Part shown: piece after piece, positions 33,379 through 46,512 of the stretch
How positions within the stretch are numbered: the first letter of the stretch is position 1
Layout of the letters: each line of letters opens with the position of its first letter
Origin: Massalongia carnosa
Lineage: Eukaryota
Direction of reading: 5' to 3'
Length of the DNA: 64,000 nt
Assembly: GCA_965645245.1 (NCBI GenBank)
Contig: OZ287085.1
Coordinates: forward strand, 1,116,001 to 1,180,000
Translations under genes and position numbers: made by a program
Notes under the pieces: model-generated
What the model was told of the DNA's origin: nothing
Database searches by the model: none
Seen by the model: the letters and a program-made list of their open reading frames with translations, nothing else

Positions 33379-36300
33379 ATGGCATTGGTGCTCGCTGACG
33401 CAGCGCCGCTGAAGCCTGAAATCAAACTTGCACAAGCATTACATGACTACGAGTCGATCCTTTCGGATGACGACAGGAGCCAACTCCACTCGCAAGGATT
33501 GCCAAATGCTACAGCTGCTATCAATCTCACGTCTCTCATTGATCGAAAATGCAGCAGCCGCCGTAGTCAATGTATGGGTCCAAGGCTGATTACATTCCTT
33601 GAATCAATTCAGCAATTCTCTCAGGTAGTTGATGTATTTGTCAGCTCGAATCCTCAAGTCGCGGCATTAGTGTGGGGTGGGGTGAAACTGGCTTTACTCG
33701 TAATACCTCTCCCCGGCTCAAGTATTAGGTTTGACTCTTGCAGGCTGCGAACAATTTTTCGTCTTACTTCGATCAGTTGTCAATCCTCCTCATGAATCTA
33801 GGAAGGCAATGCCCTCGAATGCATGGATTTAGATCCTTGTATCCTTCAATAGGACTGCAGAAAGCGCTCTATGACTATTACGCTGCCATTATACGGCTTT
33901 GTAAGCACGTAACGCAGTCTCTTCGAAAGCCAGGTATATACGCTTGCTGCTCCTCTTCCCAACTCCCTTGTCCACTTTTGACGCAGTCCAAGAATTGACG
34001 TGTTTTCAGTATATATACAGTTGTCTAAGGCACTAATGGTCTCCTTTAAGGCGGAGTTCGGACCGTATGAAGGGGAAATTGCACGATTATCTCAAGAAGT
34101 TCGAGATGAAGCATCTCTGGCATCGAAGCAAGCTCAAAAGCAAGAAAATGAGCTCCAAGCTAAAGAGCGTTCAGATGCTAGGAAGTATCGGGAAATCGTG
34201 GTCAAATTCAGGAACGATTATCACAAAAGTAAGGTAGAGGAAAGAAATTGGCGTTTGAAGATCGACCGCCGTACATTAGAAAAAAAGAGATTGGAAGCCT
34301 TGAACGGTCTTTCGACTTATGATTATCAGAAGACGTACAGGCAGATTCGTAAAGAGTGCGTACCTGGTACATCAATGTGGATATGTGAGAGCCCAGAATT
34401 TCATGCATGGACATCTGGAACTCTGAAAACACTTAGGTTTACTGGCAGGTGTAAGTGTATAATGACTCCTAGTGCCCAGCAATGCTTAAGTGAAAATCAG
34501 TAGGATCAGGGAAATCGGTCACAAGGTTCAGTCCCATATTAGCTTTCCCGACGAAGTTTTACTAATGCAGTCCAAGCGCTTGTGTGGCTTCACATTTAAT
34601 AGAGAAAGTATCGCCGAAAGATGTTACTGCCTTTTTTTTCTGCCGCTTTGATGAAACGGAATCTTTGAAAGCAAAGACAATCATTGGAAGTGTTGCCAGG
34701 CAATTGCTGAGTGATTTGCCTGCAAAAGCGTTCCGCGCATTCAATCAGAAAAGTATCGATGAAACAAGCATCATTAGCGCTCTTGAAGTAATGTTGAGCC
34801 ATACTCGCCAATACTTTATAGTGCTGGATGGCTTGGACGAATGCGAAGAAGCGCAAGTCAAGGAGGTTGCTGGGATCTTCCACAGGCTTTTGCTTTCCCC
34901 CCATTTGGGTATAAAGTTATTTTGGTCCAGTCGTCCAAACGTACTGAGTTGGCTACCAAGAAGATTCCTGACCCAGCAGCATATCGATTTAGAAACCGTT
35001 GAGAATCAAAGCAGAGTCGCTCACGATATTCGTAAATTCATCCTCGTCACACTCGAAGAGTGGCTCGAAGGCGAGACGCCGGAACTGCAAATTGGTGATC
35101 CAACCCTGATAATAACGATTCTAGACCGTCTTGAAAAGGAAGCTCAGGGAATGTATGATATCCTTGTGTCCTAAATAACCGTGTAGGGCTTACCTCAAAA
35201 GGTTCTTATGGGTCAAAGTTCAACTCCAAGAGTTGCGTGAGAAAAAATCGGATAGTCTGATACTTGCTGCGTTGAGAAATCTTCCACGCGATCTTCCGGA
35301 AACGTTTAATAGAATCCTTTCCAAATATACCGAAGCTGACGACATTGATATTGGAAGGCAAATATTTCGCTGGGTCACTGTAGCGAAACGTCCGCTTACG
35401 GTCGAAGAACTTCGGGAAGCCATAGGGACCATACCACTACAAGAAGCATGGAATGATAATATATATATCAATGACATGAAGAAAGCGGTGGCATGTTGCG
35501 GTAATCTCATCTTCATAGAAGAAGAACAGCAAACGGTACACTTTACGCATGGTAGCGTCAAACAATATTTGCTTTCAAGAGCCGTCCAGGATTCGCTGAG
35601 CAAATATTACGTGGATCTGAAAAAAGCCGATGAAGATGCAGGTGCTATCTGTGTCACATATCTCAATTTCCCCGTGTTTAATAGGCAAATGGCGCTTAAA
35701 ACTGGCAAAAGCATCACCACTACTGGTATTACGTCAATGATCATAAAGAATAGCCTATCGCTTGGGAACTTCTCCAATGAAATTGCTCTTAAGTTACTGA
35801 GACGAGATGATAAGTCTAGCAAGTCAGTCCATCGTCTATTGGAGGAAGTAGGGGGTGATACCGAAGTTTGCCGCCAGGATAAAATTTTCAGACATTACTC
35901 CTTTCGACCTTACGCAAACCAATTCTGGCTTGAACACACTAAGCAGGGAATGAGTCCTGCTTCTGGGAAGCTGTGGGGACTGTGGTGCAATTTGATAAGG
36001 GACGCTAGTTGGCGTGACACTCTGTCTGGCGTACCATGGACATTGGAGGACTGGAAGAAGCGCACTACTAAAGTCATACAATGGGTAGTAGAACAGAACC
36101 ACTGTTCGTTAGCTTGGTTGATCATAGACCCTGATGTAAGGCTTACACAGCAGAATCTTCTTAATCTCGTCAAAGGCGCTGCAGAGAGAGGACATGCACA
36201 TTTGATAGAGATTATTCTGGACTCAGAAGATATTTCGCAATTCATTCTAGATTCAGGACTACAATCAGCAGCTGGGGGTGGCTATTTAAATGTAGTGGAG

Positions 36301-38517
36301 AGACTGCTACACGAGAAGACTGATGTTAATACTTCTGGATCCGGTGGCAGAACTGCACTTCAAGCAGCAGCTGAAGGTGGCCATCTGGATGTGGTAGAGA
36401 GATTGCTTCAAGAAAAGGCTGACGTTAATGCTGCTGCTGCTGTATTCAGTGGCAGGACTGCACTTCAAGCAGCAGCTGGAGGTGGTCATCTAGATGTGGT
36501 GAACAGATTGCTTCAAGAGAAGGCTGACGTTAATGCTGCTGCTGCTGAAGACAATGGCAGAACTGCACTTCAAGCAGCAGCTGAAGGTGGCCATCTAGAT
36601 GTCGTGAAGATATTGCTTCATGAGAAGGCTGACGTTAATGCTGCTTCTGGATTCCGTGGCAGAACTGCAATTCAAGCAGCAGCTGAAGGTGGCCATCTAG
36701 ATGTAGTGAAGATATTGCTTCAAGAAAAGGCTGACGTTAATGCTGCTGCTGCTGCTAATCGCGGTGGCAGGACTGCACTTCAAGCAGCAGCTGAATGTGG
36801 TCATCTAGATGTAGTGAAGAGATTGCTTCAAGAGAAGGCTGACGTTAATGCTGCTGCTGCTAAATACAATGGCAGAACTGCACTTCAAGCAGCAGCTGGA
36901 GGTGGCCATCTAGATGTGGTGAACAGATTGCTTCAAGAGAAGGCTGACGTCAATGCTGCTGCTGCTAAATACAATGGCAGAACTGCACTTCAAGCAGCAG
37001 CTGGATGTGGTCATCTAGATGTAGTGAAGAGATTGCTTCAAGAGAAGGCTGACGTTAATGCTGCTGCTGCATTCGAGGGCAAGACTGCACTTCAAGCAGC
37101 AGCTGGAGGTGGTCATCTAGATGTAGTGAAGAGATTGCTTCAAGAGAAGGCTGACATTAATGCTGCTGCTGCTGAATACAATGGCAGAACTGCACTTCAA
37201 GCAGCAGCTGAAGGTGGCCATCTAGATGTGGTGGAGAGATTGCTTCAAGAGAAGGCTGACGTTAATGCTGCTGCTGCTAATCGCGGTGGCAGAACTGCAC
37301 TTCAAGCAGCAGCTGAAGGTGGCCATCTAGATGTGGTGGAGAGATTGCTTCAAGAGAAGACTGACGTTAATGCTGCTGATAAATACCGTGGCAGAACTGC
37401 ACTTCAAGCAGCAGCTGAAGGTGGCCATCTAGATGTGGTGGAGAGATTGCTTCAAGAGAAGGCTGACGTTAATGCTGCTGCTGCTAAATACAGTGGCAAA
37501 ACTTCACTTCAAGCGGCAGCTGAAGGTGGCCATCTAGATGTGGTAGAGAGATTGCTTCAAAAGAAGGCTGACGTTAATGCTGCTGCTGCTGCATTCGATG
37601 GCAGAACTGCACTTCAAGCAGCAGCTGAAGGTGGCCATCTAGATGTGATAGAGAGATTGCTTCAGGAGAAGGCTGACGTTAACGCTACTGCTGCTAGATC
37701 CGGTGGCAAGACTGCACTTCAAGCAGCAGCTAAAGTTGGCCATCTAGATGTAGTGAAGAGATTGCTTCAAGAGAAGGCTGACGTTAATGCTGCTGCTGCT
37801 GAAGACAATGGCAGAACTGCACTTCAAGCAGCAGCTGAAGGTGGCCATCTAGATGTAGTGAAGAGATTGCTTCAAGAGAAGGCCGACGTTAATGCTGCTG
37901 CTGCATTCGGTGGCAGAACTGCACTTCAAGCAGCAGCTGGAGGTGGCCATCTAGATGTAGTGAAGAGATTACTTCAAGAGAAGGCTGACGTTAATGCTGC
38001 TGCTGCTGCTGCACTCGGTGGCAGAACTGCACTTCAAGCAGCAGCTGAAGGTGGTCATCTAGATGTAGTGAAGAGATTGCTTCAAGAGAAGGCTGACGTT
38101 AATGCTGCTGCTGCTGAATACAATGGCAGAACTGCACTTCAAGCAGCAGCTGGAGGTGGTCATCTAGATGTAGTGAAGAGATTGCTTCATGAGAAGGCTG
38201 ACGTTAATGCTGCTTCTGGATTCCGTGGCAGAACTGCAATTCAAGCAGCAGCTGAAGGTGGCCATCTAGATGTAGTGAAGACATTGCTTCAAGAGAAGGC
38301 TGACGTTAATGCTGCTGCTGCTGCATTCGGTGGCAGAACTGCACTTCAAGCAGCAGCTGAAGGTGGCCATCTAGATGTGGTAGAGAGATTGCTTCAAGAG
38401 AAGGCTGACGTTAATGCTGCTGCTGCTGCATCCGAGGGCAAGACTGCACTTCAAGCAGCAGCTGAAGGTGGCCATCTAGATGTGGTAGAGAGACTGCGTG
38501 CTGCAGGTGCGAAATAG
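33379..38517 (+). CDS. Fungal NLR (helical Goodbye-like N-terminus, NACHT, ankyrin repeats), 6 exons, about 1622 aa
   Basis: Exons 33379-33699, 33744-33933, 34010-34450, 34501-34525, 34577-35152 and 35202-38517 splice with GT-AG introns into 4869 nt without internal stops. Motifs ALVWGG, PGTSMWI, Walker A GRLGSGKS, FFFC, Walker B IVLDGLDEC, GMFLWV, RPLTVEEL and FTHGSVKQYL. Confidence 0.93.
36345..38514 (+). repeat. 21 highly conserved ankyrin repeat units of 102-108 bp
   Basis: Consensus GRTALQAAAEGGHLDVVxRLLQEKADVNA(n)xxx, nearly identical at DNA level. Confidence 0.97.
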
Positions 38518-39774
38518 TTCAAAAGCATCACTTTTCAAGATCTCCCTCTCGATAAGTCCGCAGTCTGGCTTTCTCGATTTTTGATCGATCAGAGTATTTC
38601 ATTCATTGATTACGATCTGTAGTATCTATCGTACATGTCAATCTTCCAATCGTTCCCCCTTCTCCGGGAGGCGAATAACAACATCACCTTCTGAGAATCC
38701 TTTAAGCTAGTCTCTTGTTTACCTTTTTCTCTATATATATTATAGGTTGCTATACTTTAAGCTCTTGCCGTCTGATTCATCTTCTTGTCGGATCTTCCTG
38801 TCTAAATGACTTGAGGTCGCTGCTTTAGTTGCTTTACTAGTGGTGCTAGTCATTTTGATCTTGAAGGAAGGCAGGAGGGAGAGTCGAGTTGCTGAATGCC
38901 GTGAAGATGGTTTTTATGGGCGACGGCGAAGATTTGAATATTAATTTGAGTATACGGGTCGGGTCGTATTGATGGGAAGAAAGATGGGAAAAATAAAACA
39001 TGGAGAGTGCGAAGTGTTATCATCTTCTAAGCAATAACTTCAAATATCATTTGCTTCTGCTATCTAGACTGGAACCTTTTATTCTAATCATATTCATAAG
39101 TTCAATTTTCATCTATCCTCATCTCATGTAACAATAATAGTACTGTAAGATGTTGATCATCATCTTCAGCAAAGCAATATTATGTGAAACACTAGTTTTC
39201 GACAAGACAGCGCGCTCAAGTCTGTTCTGAATGACAAGAGTAATGACGGATGATGAAGCTGGAAAGTGTCATCGAGTGTAACCTGCAGAACGGATAAGAT
39301 ATGACAAGGATTTCGTCAGCCCTAATCACGACGTTTCAGTGTCTTCGAGTCTCATCAGTTTTGCAGCAATTCTGAAGCCGCGAAACGGGCATCTTTCACT
39401 CAAGACTTCTTTTATTGAATCAAGTATTGCTTTCAGGGCCTTTTCGAGCAACTGCATTATATCTTATCTCATTGTCAACACTGCTGCTCGTAGACACCTG
39501 CCGTCTGAAAAGGCGGGTATCACTTCGAGCTCCCGTTGACGCTCTCAAGCGCATTATCAGGTTTTGCTCTCTCTTACGGCCGGTCGAAAGAATAGACGAA
39601 GAGCCGATAGACGATTTGAAGTGCAAGATGATTTAGCAGACGCGTATCTGCTGATGTCTGACTCCGCCCCCGTTTAATCTGAAGAAGGTGGTAAGAAAAA
39701 GTCACGATCTTTAACATGGCGTTTCAAAAAAGCTTCTTCGTAACGTCAGATCGACGCCTATTCTCTGTGGGATG

Positions 39775-42700
39775 TGTTAGATGAGACAGCCATCCTATGT
39801 GCCATGCCAGACGGCAACATAACGGCTTGGGAATAACGTCTCAAGTGATCCGCACACGGCTAGCTAATGAGGTGGTACGGCAGGGAGATTCAAGGTAAAC
39901 CTGCCCTGCCGCTGTGCCTGCTCTCTATCTTATTCATCTCTCATCTATCTAGCTATATAAACATAGTAGATAGAACAATCAATCCTTCCCACACATACTA
40001 TTACCTACCTATTTAACGCAACAGGTTCTGAGCCCGGCTGCACTTAACTGCACCCTTTTAAAATAGTATCGATTGATTCCCTATCTCTCCTCCTTTATAT
40101 CAAAACTTCCATTCCAATTCTCTCTCCATTCGCTTTTCTCCCCTTGCTCCAAGATGGCAAAGGAAGACCTCCCCTACACTTTCCCCAAGCTAAACGGCAG
40201 CACCAACTATAAGCAATGGGCTCGCGATATGTCGTTCGCCCTCAGCGAAGCCGAGCTGCTGGGATATATAACGGGAGATAGGATCAAGCCAGAGATAATG
40301 ATACCAACGGACAAAGATGACGACGTCCGCATTCGGGAAATCAGGCAGAACAGCCTTGATTTGATGGAGTTTAAGGAGAAAGAACAAAGAGTGGTAGGCA
40401 AAATAGGGAGAATGTGCTCCAAGGATGTGCAGTCTGAATTCCTCTCTATTTTGGGAAATATAACCATCATAGTCCCCCAAAAGCTCTGGAAACATCTGGC
40501 GGCACGTTACACCCTACAGAATTGGAGCTCGAAGTGGGCTACTTTCAACAGGTTAGATGAGATTCACTATGAGAAGTGCAAGTCCATCGAAGAATATGGT
40601 GCCCTGATAGAGGAGATCGAGGCCGAGATGATAGATAGTGCCCTCCCCAGCAAACAGATGATCATTCTCAAAATGTTGAACGGACTCGGATCCAGCTTCT
40701 CCACCTATCTCACCATCATCAACGAACATGCTCGCCGGGACAAGGAGCTCCCTGACAAAAGCAGCCTTCTTAAAAACCTGGCAGATGAAGAATCTCGGAC
40801 GAAGACTACCACCGAAGCTACTGCCAACTTCGTAAAGAAGAAAGGAAAAGGTAAGGTCACCGATACAAAATTAGATGATAAAGATAAGTGTCATCGGTGT
40901 GGAAACAAACATTCCGATACGTGCAAATTCATCAAAACGAAGTGCACCGGATGTGGAAAAATAGGGCATAATGAAAGAGCTTGCAATAGCAAAAGGGGAA
41001 AGGAGAAAGACGATGACTCGGATGTCGAAAGGAAGAAAATCTTCTGCGTACTCACCACTCATTCTCCTCCTTCAACAGACTCCTTTGTCTTCCCTGACAC
41101 CGCTGAAGAGGATGGCTCTAATATCAAGCACCCCGAAACCAATATTAACAAGACTTTCCCGACAAGGAAATTTCTCTGCACCATCAACCGCTCCATCCCC
41201 ATCTCTAAATCAGTAGATTTATTGATAGATTCTTGTGCTACTGACCATGCTCTTTGCAACAAAGACCTTTTCGAACCCGGATCCTATCGCATTATGCCAA
41301 ATAAACTGGAAACAGGCTCCGGAGAGGTGCTGAAAACAGAAGGAAGAGGATCTTTGTCTTTATTCTTAAAGAACGAAACAGGAGGTGTTCAAGAGTTTGT
41401 TCTAACAGACGATCTGTACACTCCTTACCTAAACTTCAATCTCATCAGCACTGCTAGGCTAGCACAAAAGGGAGTGGAAATCTTCCTTCGAAAGGCGGGG
41501 GAACTCTCCAAAATCTATTACGAAGAGGAGGTAATTGGCCACGCCAAACTGATCAATAACCAGTATGTTATCCAAACCACACCCAACTCTCGCGCTCTCG
41601 CAACAACCAAGAATATCTCCATCCAAACCTGGCATGCCCGTATGGGGCATCTTGGTTATCACAACCTTTTGAAGCTCAACCAACTGGCCACAGGAGCCTC
41701 AATCATCGGTCCCGTTCCGGAAGAAATCTGCGGAGATTGCATGGTTGGAAGGCAACAAAGGCTGGTAAACAGGAGCCCAAGATCTCGAGCTCCAGAATTC
41801 CTGGGAATCATTCATACAGATCTTAGAGGCCCTTACACACCAACCAGGTACGGTGAGAAATATTTCATGACCCTAAAGGATGACGCAACGGGCGTCGTAT
41901 GGGTATTTCTGTTGAAGACCAAAGGCCAAACATTTGACAAGTTCAAACAGTTCAAGGCCTGGATAGAGAAGCAATCTGGCCAGAAGATCAAACACGTCAG
42001 AGGAGATGGAGGGGGAGAGTATGTAAACACAGAGCTACTAACCTTTTTTAAAGAAGAAGGAATTCAATGGGAGGCCAGAGCTCCATATGTGCCCGAACAA
42101 AATGGGAGAGCCGAACGGCAAAATTCCACCCTGGTGGCACCAACGAGGAGCTGGCTCAAAGCCAAAAGGCTCCCAAAATCACTCTGGGGCGAGGTAATCA
42201 AAACCTCTGCCTACATCAAGAATCGATGTCCCGGCGTCGATGAAATCACACCATATGAGAGCCTCAATAAGGAGAAGCCTACCTTAAGCCACTTAAGGAT
42301 CATAGGTTCGAGGACGTGGGTGCATATTCCCAAGGAAAAAAGGACCAAATTGGATGATAGATCTTAGCAAGGGATCTTTGTTGGATACGATGGAACGAAT
42401 CAGTTTCGAATCTATGACCCTCGCACCGGAAAAGTTCACATCTCTCGTGATATACAAGTAGATGAGCTGAACACCTATGATTCCAAAGAGACGAAGGACT
42501 GGGACCTAGCTGATGTAGCATGGGATGAAGATGATGATGCTTGTTTTCAAGATCCAGATGACTTTGAAGATCTGAAACATAAAAATAGCACTCCGCTATA
42601 TCCGGCATCAAATTCCCTTAGTTCATTGAACAGCCAACAACGATTATCGCTAACGACACCTCGAAATGAGTCTTATCCAATGGGAGAATCAGCTCCGGAG

Positions 42701-44838
42701 GTAGCCAATGATGATACCAATCATCGAGACCAGGAATCTGAAGAATCTGACCCAGATCAGCCTTCAATTCCCGCACCAAGGAGATCCGGAAGGTTACGAA
42801 ATCATTCCAAACCTACAGCAGACACTATTCGGTACGATATATCGAAGAAATCGCTGCCAAAAGTGGCCAACGACGGCCATTTGGTAAACAAAGTTACCAC
42901 ATTTACCAGCACCCAGACCCCTAAATCCCACGAGCATATGGTAAGAGTCCTAGCTCTACTAGCCAGAGGATCGGAGACTGCTGGGCAGGATGAACCTGCA
43001 ACATTGAGAGAGGCTATGGCCTCCCCCCACTGGGATGAATGGAAAAAAGCTATGGAAGCTGAGTACCAATCCCTGATGGATAACGAAACTTGGACTTTAA
43101 TCGATGCTCCAACGGATAGGAAAACTATCACAGGACGGTGGGTTTTCAAGCTGAAAAAGGATAGAAATGGAGATATATTGAAGTATAAAGCAAGATGGGT
43201 AGTCCATGGATATAAGCAAAAAGAAGGCCTAGATTACCTAGACACCTTTGCCACCGTGGTAAATCTATCTCCTACAAGACACTGATAGGAATCAGTGCTA
43301 AAAAGGGTCTCTCCATTCGACACATGGATGTTGTGACTGCCTTCTTATACGGATATCTCGATGAAGAGATATATATCATCCAACCAACCCTGTTCGAAGT
43401 AGCAGGGGGAGAGCAGAAGGTCTGCTTGTTGCGAAAGGCTCTATATGGGCTAAAGCAATCTCCTCGTGTTTGGTATCAAACCCTATTGGATTTTCTCCAG
43501 AAGATAGGGTTCAAACACACCGAATCAGATCATGGAGTGTTTGTTTCCGAAGACATGTTTATTGCCATCTATGTGGATGATCTTCTCATCATGGGCAAAG
43601 ACACTTTGAAACTGCAGCAACTCCAAGCTGAATTGAAGTCGCGATTCCAGATGACGGATCTGGGTGAAGTATCACACTATTTAGGCATCGAGGTAGACAT
43701 TAGCAAAGATAGGTCTACTATCGCACTCCGCCAAACAACTTATCTAAAGAAAACCCTCGAACGGTTTAACATGGCTAATTGCAAGCCTATTTCAACCCCC
43801 ATGGAGCCTGGAATCGGAAACATTCTCATGCCATCCGAAGACCAGGCTGATAAAGAGACTATATCATGGTATCAGTCTCTGGTAGGGTCTCTCATGTGGC
43901 CCGCCATGCATACAAGGCCTAATATAGCCTATGCAATGGGAGTTCTAAGCAGATATTGCTCTAATCCAGGTGCTGATCACTGCAGCCACCTACAGAGAGT
44001 GCTACGATATATTTCGGGCACCCTAACAAGAGGTCTGATATTCCGGAGAGATTCTGACGAGGATATAACCGGCTACTCTGACTCGGACTTCGCTGGCCTA
44101 AAGGATGGGAGAAGATCTACCGGTGGGTATGTTTTCATGTTAGCAGGTGCTCCGATATCTCATTCATCAAAACTACAACCTACGGTGGCGCTATCCTCTT
44201 GCGAAGCAGAATACATGGCATTAACGGAGGCTACCAAGGAAGCTCTATGGTGCTCTCGTTTTCTCAACGAACTGGGATTTCGGGAGGCCAACTTACCAAT
44301 CCTACTGCGAGGAGATAACCAAGGTGCTATAGCTCTCACCGAAAATCCTGAATTCCACCGAAGAACCAAACATATCGAAATAAAATGGCACTGGATAAGA
44401 GACGTAGTCAAAGAGGGAAAGGTCAAAATAGAGTATATCCGTACTAACGAAATGGTAGCAGATGGGCTGACTAAGCCACTGCCCTCTAAGACTTTCAACT
44501 CTTTCGTAAACATGATGGGTATGGGGCAAATCACTAATAAAAATCTCTAAATAGCCTCACTGAATGGCTGAATGGGAGTGTTAGATGAGACAGCCATCCT
44601 ATGTGCCATGCCAGACGGCAACATAACGGCTTGGGAATAACGTCTCAAGTGATCCGCACACGGCTAGCTAATGAGGTGGTACGGCAGGGAGATTCAAGGC
44701 AAACCTGCCCTGCCGCTGTGCCTGCTCTCTATCTATTCATCACTCATCTATCTAGCTATATAAACATAGTAGATAGCCACCTAGATAGAACAATCAATCC
44801 TTCCCACACATACTATTACCTACCTATTTAACTCAACA
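39775..44838 (+). mobile_element. Full-length Ty1/copia retrotransposon, degenerate
   Basis: LTRs 39775-40023 and 44579-44838 (about 3 substitutions, 12-bp and 1-bp indels), TSD GGATG, PBS GGTTCTGAGCCC at 40024-40035. Confidence 0.97.
40154..44550 (+). pseudogene. Copia gag-pol polyprotein (gag, PR, IN, RT, RNase H), disrupted
   Basis: CCHC CTGCGKIGHNERAC, IDSCATDH, WHARMGH, GDGGGEY, YKARWV, YVDD and DSDFAG in copia order. TAG at 42365 and frameshifts near 42600 and 43262. Confidence 0.92.
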
Positions 44839-46512
44839 GGATGCAGCTTAGCTTCTTTTCGTTGTTATTCCTTTGAAGCATTTCCTCTTTGCCGTCTGCT
44901 TCCGTCAATTTGTCATTCCACTGAGCTCTTCTGTCCTAGGATATTGAGGGATTACTCTCGCTATCACAGCAAGCTTCGTTATTAGACTGGTAACTTGATT
45001 CGCAGGCTATGAACGAGCGGTAGAAATCGCGAAGTGAAGGGGTGATATACGGCGTCAGGTATTCATTCTTTCGATATAGGATGGAACTTTGGAAAAAAGC
45101 TGACCTATCAGTATTGATTCGTCGAATGGGGGTGCGGATCTTACCCAGCTTTTAAACCAGCCGCGGAAGTCGGTCGAGTGCTCAGCGAACTCCGCTCTCG
45201 GCATTGCTTCGTATCCTGCTCCATAGAAGGCGAGTGGTCGCTCGCATGGATTCATGTACTGCTGCTAGCCTCTCGCTCAGGATTCTGAGAGTCGCCGTGC
45301 TCAGGATTCTGATTTCCGAAATTCATCGAACATTCGTCGTTCCTGAATATCGGCTCTTCTGCGGGTCGTCGACATGACGTTCAGAGAAGGAGAAAGCTAA
45401 TATTCCCACTCGTTTATATTTAAAAATAGAATAATTTATTTTCAGCGCCTGCTCCAGTGACTTTTACATCTGCCTTTAATTTATCAAAGAGATCGAAAGA
45501 CTCGTTAAATAACGAGATGATCATCTTCAATATCTCAGTCAAATCATAATCTTGGGGTCTTCCGCTTGATCGATTGCTTAATTCAAAAGCTTGACGACTA
45601 TAGTAATGTTCGTTAATCTTGAGGAAGTTTAGTGGGAGCAGTGGCGGAGTTCTTGGCACCAATTAGGATAAAAATAATGTACCCTCACCAGGGACAGCCG
45701 CTTTTAACGAGCCAACGGGGCAAGCACCTTGTCCTTGATGATCAGTAAAGTTCAGCATTTTTTGGAAACGCACAGATATCCGTGGAGACTTCTGACGCGC
45801 ATTTCTTGACAGCTTCTTATTAATGAGCTTTGCCTGTGACTATCAGGGTAACGAAATCGTCTGCAACTGGCCTGCAAGACAACCTGGCAGGGTCGATCGC
45901 AATTCGAATAACACTCGATCTTGGGTGTGGCCGGCCGACTATATTGTACAGCCTTTTTCTATTCGTTTTTATGTGGAGGTTGCATCAGATCAAGGCGAAC
46001 AAGGCGCACGCCTCTTCAGCCTTGTTTCAGTACGAATATTCTATAAGCCTTCAGCTGGGAAACTCTTTTCCCAACTGAACTTTTCCTTACGAAATCAGAA
46101 CATCTAACTTTGTGGAATTATATGTCAGTGACGAATCCTATTTCAACATCTCAAATTTGGTCGAAGTTATTTCTAGAAGCTCTTTGATACCTTCCCGGAT
46201 AGCTCGATCGATCTTCAGAGTTTGTAGACAAATATTTATTATCGCTTTGTTTGACAAAGTTGATTGCCCGAGCTCATGCGGCAGACCTCATGCTCAAAGA
46301 TTATTTATCAGAGGACGATAAATACATTGGCAACTCGCATGTGAGGGATAAAACGAGTTCAATTTCAATAGCCTAGTTCTACACCAAAATCTTCAGACGA
46401 AGTCTAAAAGCTTTACTCGGGCGGAGTTCTATATAACCCCTGAAAAGTCGGTTCCTCGGCACATTACCTAATCGATGCTAGTCTGATGTCAGGTGACCTC
46501 AGGACCCTGACA

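Noticed and set aside
36345..38514. CRISPR-like repeat-spacer array or diversity-generating retroelement target
   Set aside because: The units are in-frame ankyrin codons with only 9 variable bases. There are no cas genes, no separate template repeat, variation is not adenine-specific, and nearby reverse transcriptases belong to complete LTR elements.
38640..38860. Minus-strand frame starting MTSTTSKATKAA
   Set aside because: Multiple stops and no recognisable motif or termini. Probably a relic but cannot be supported.
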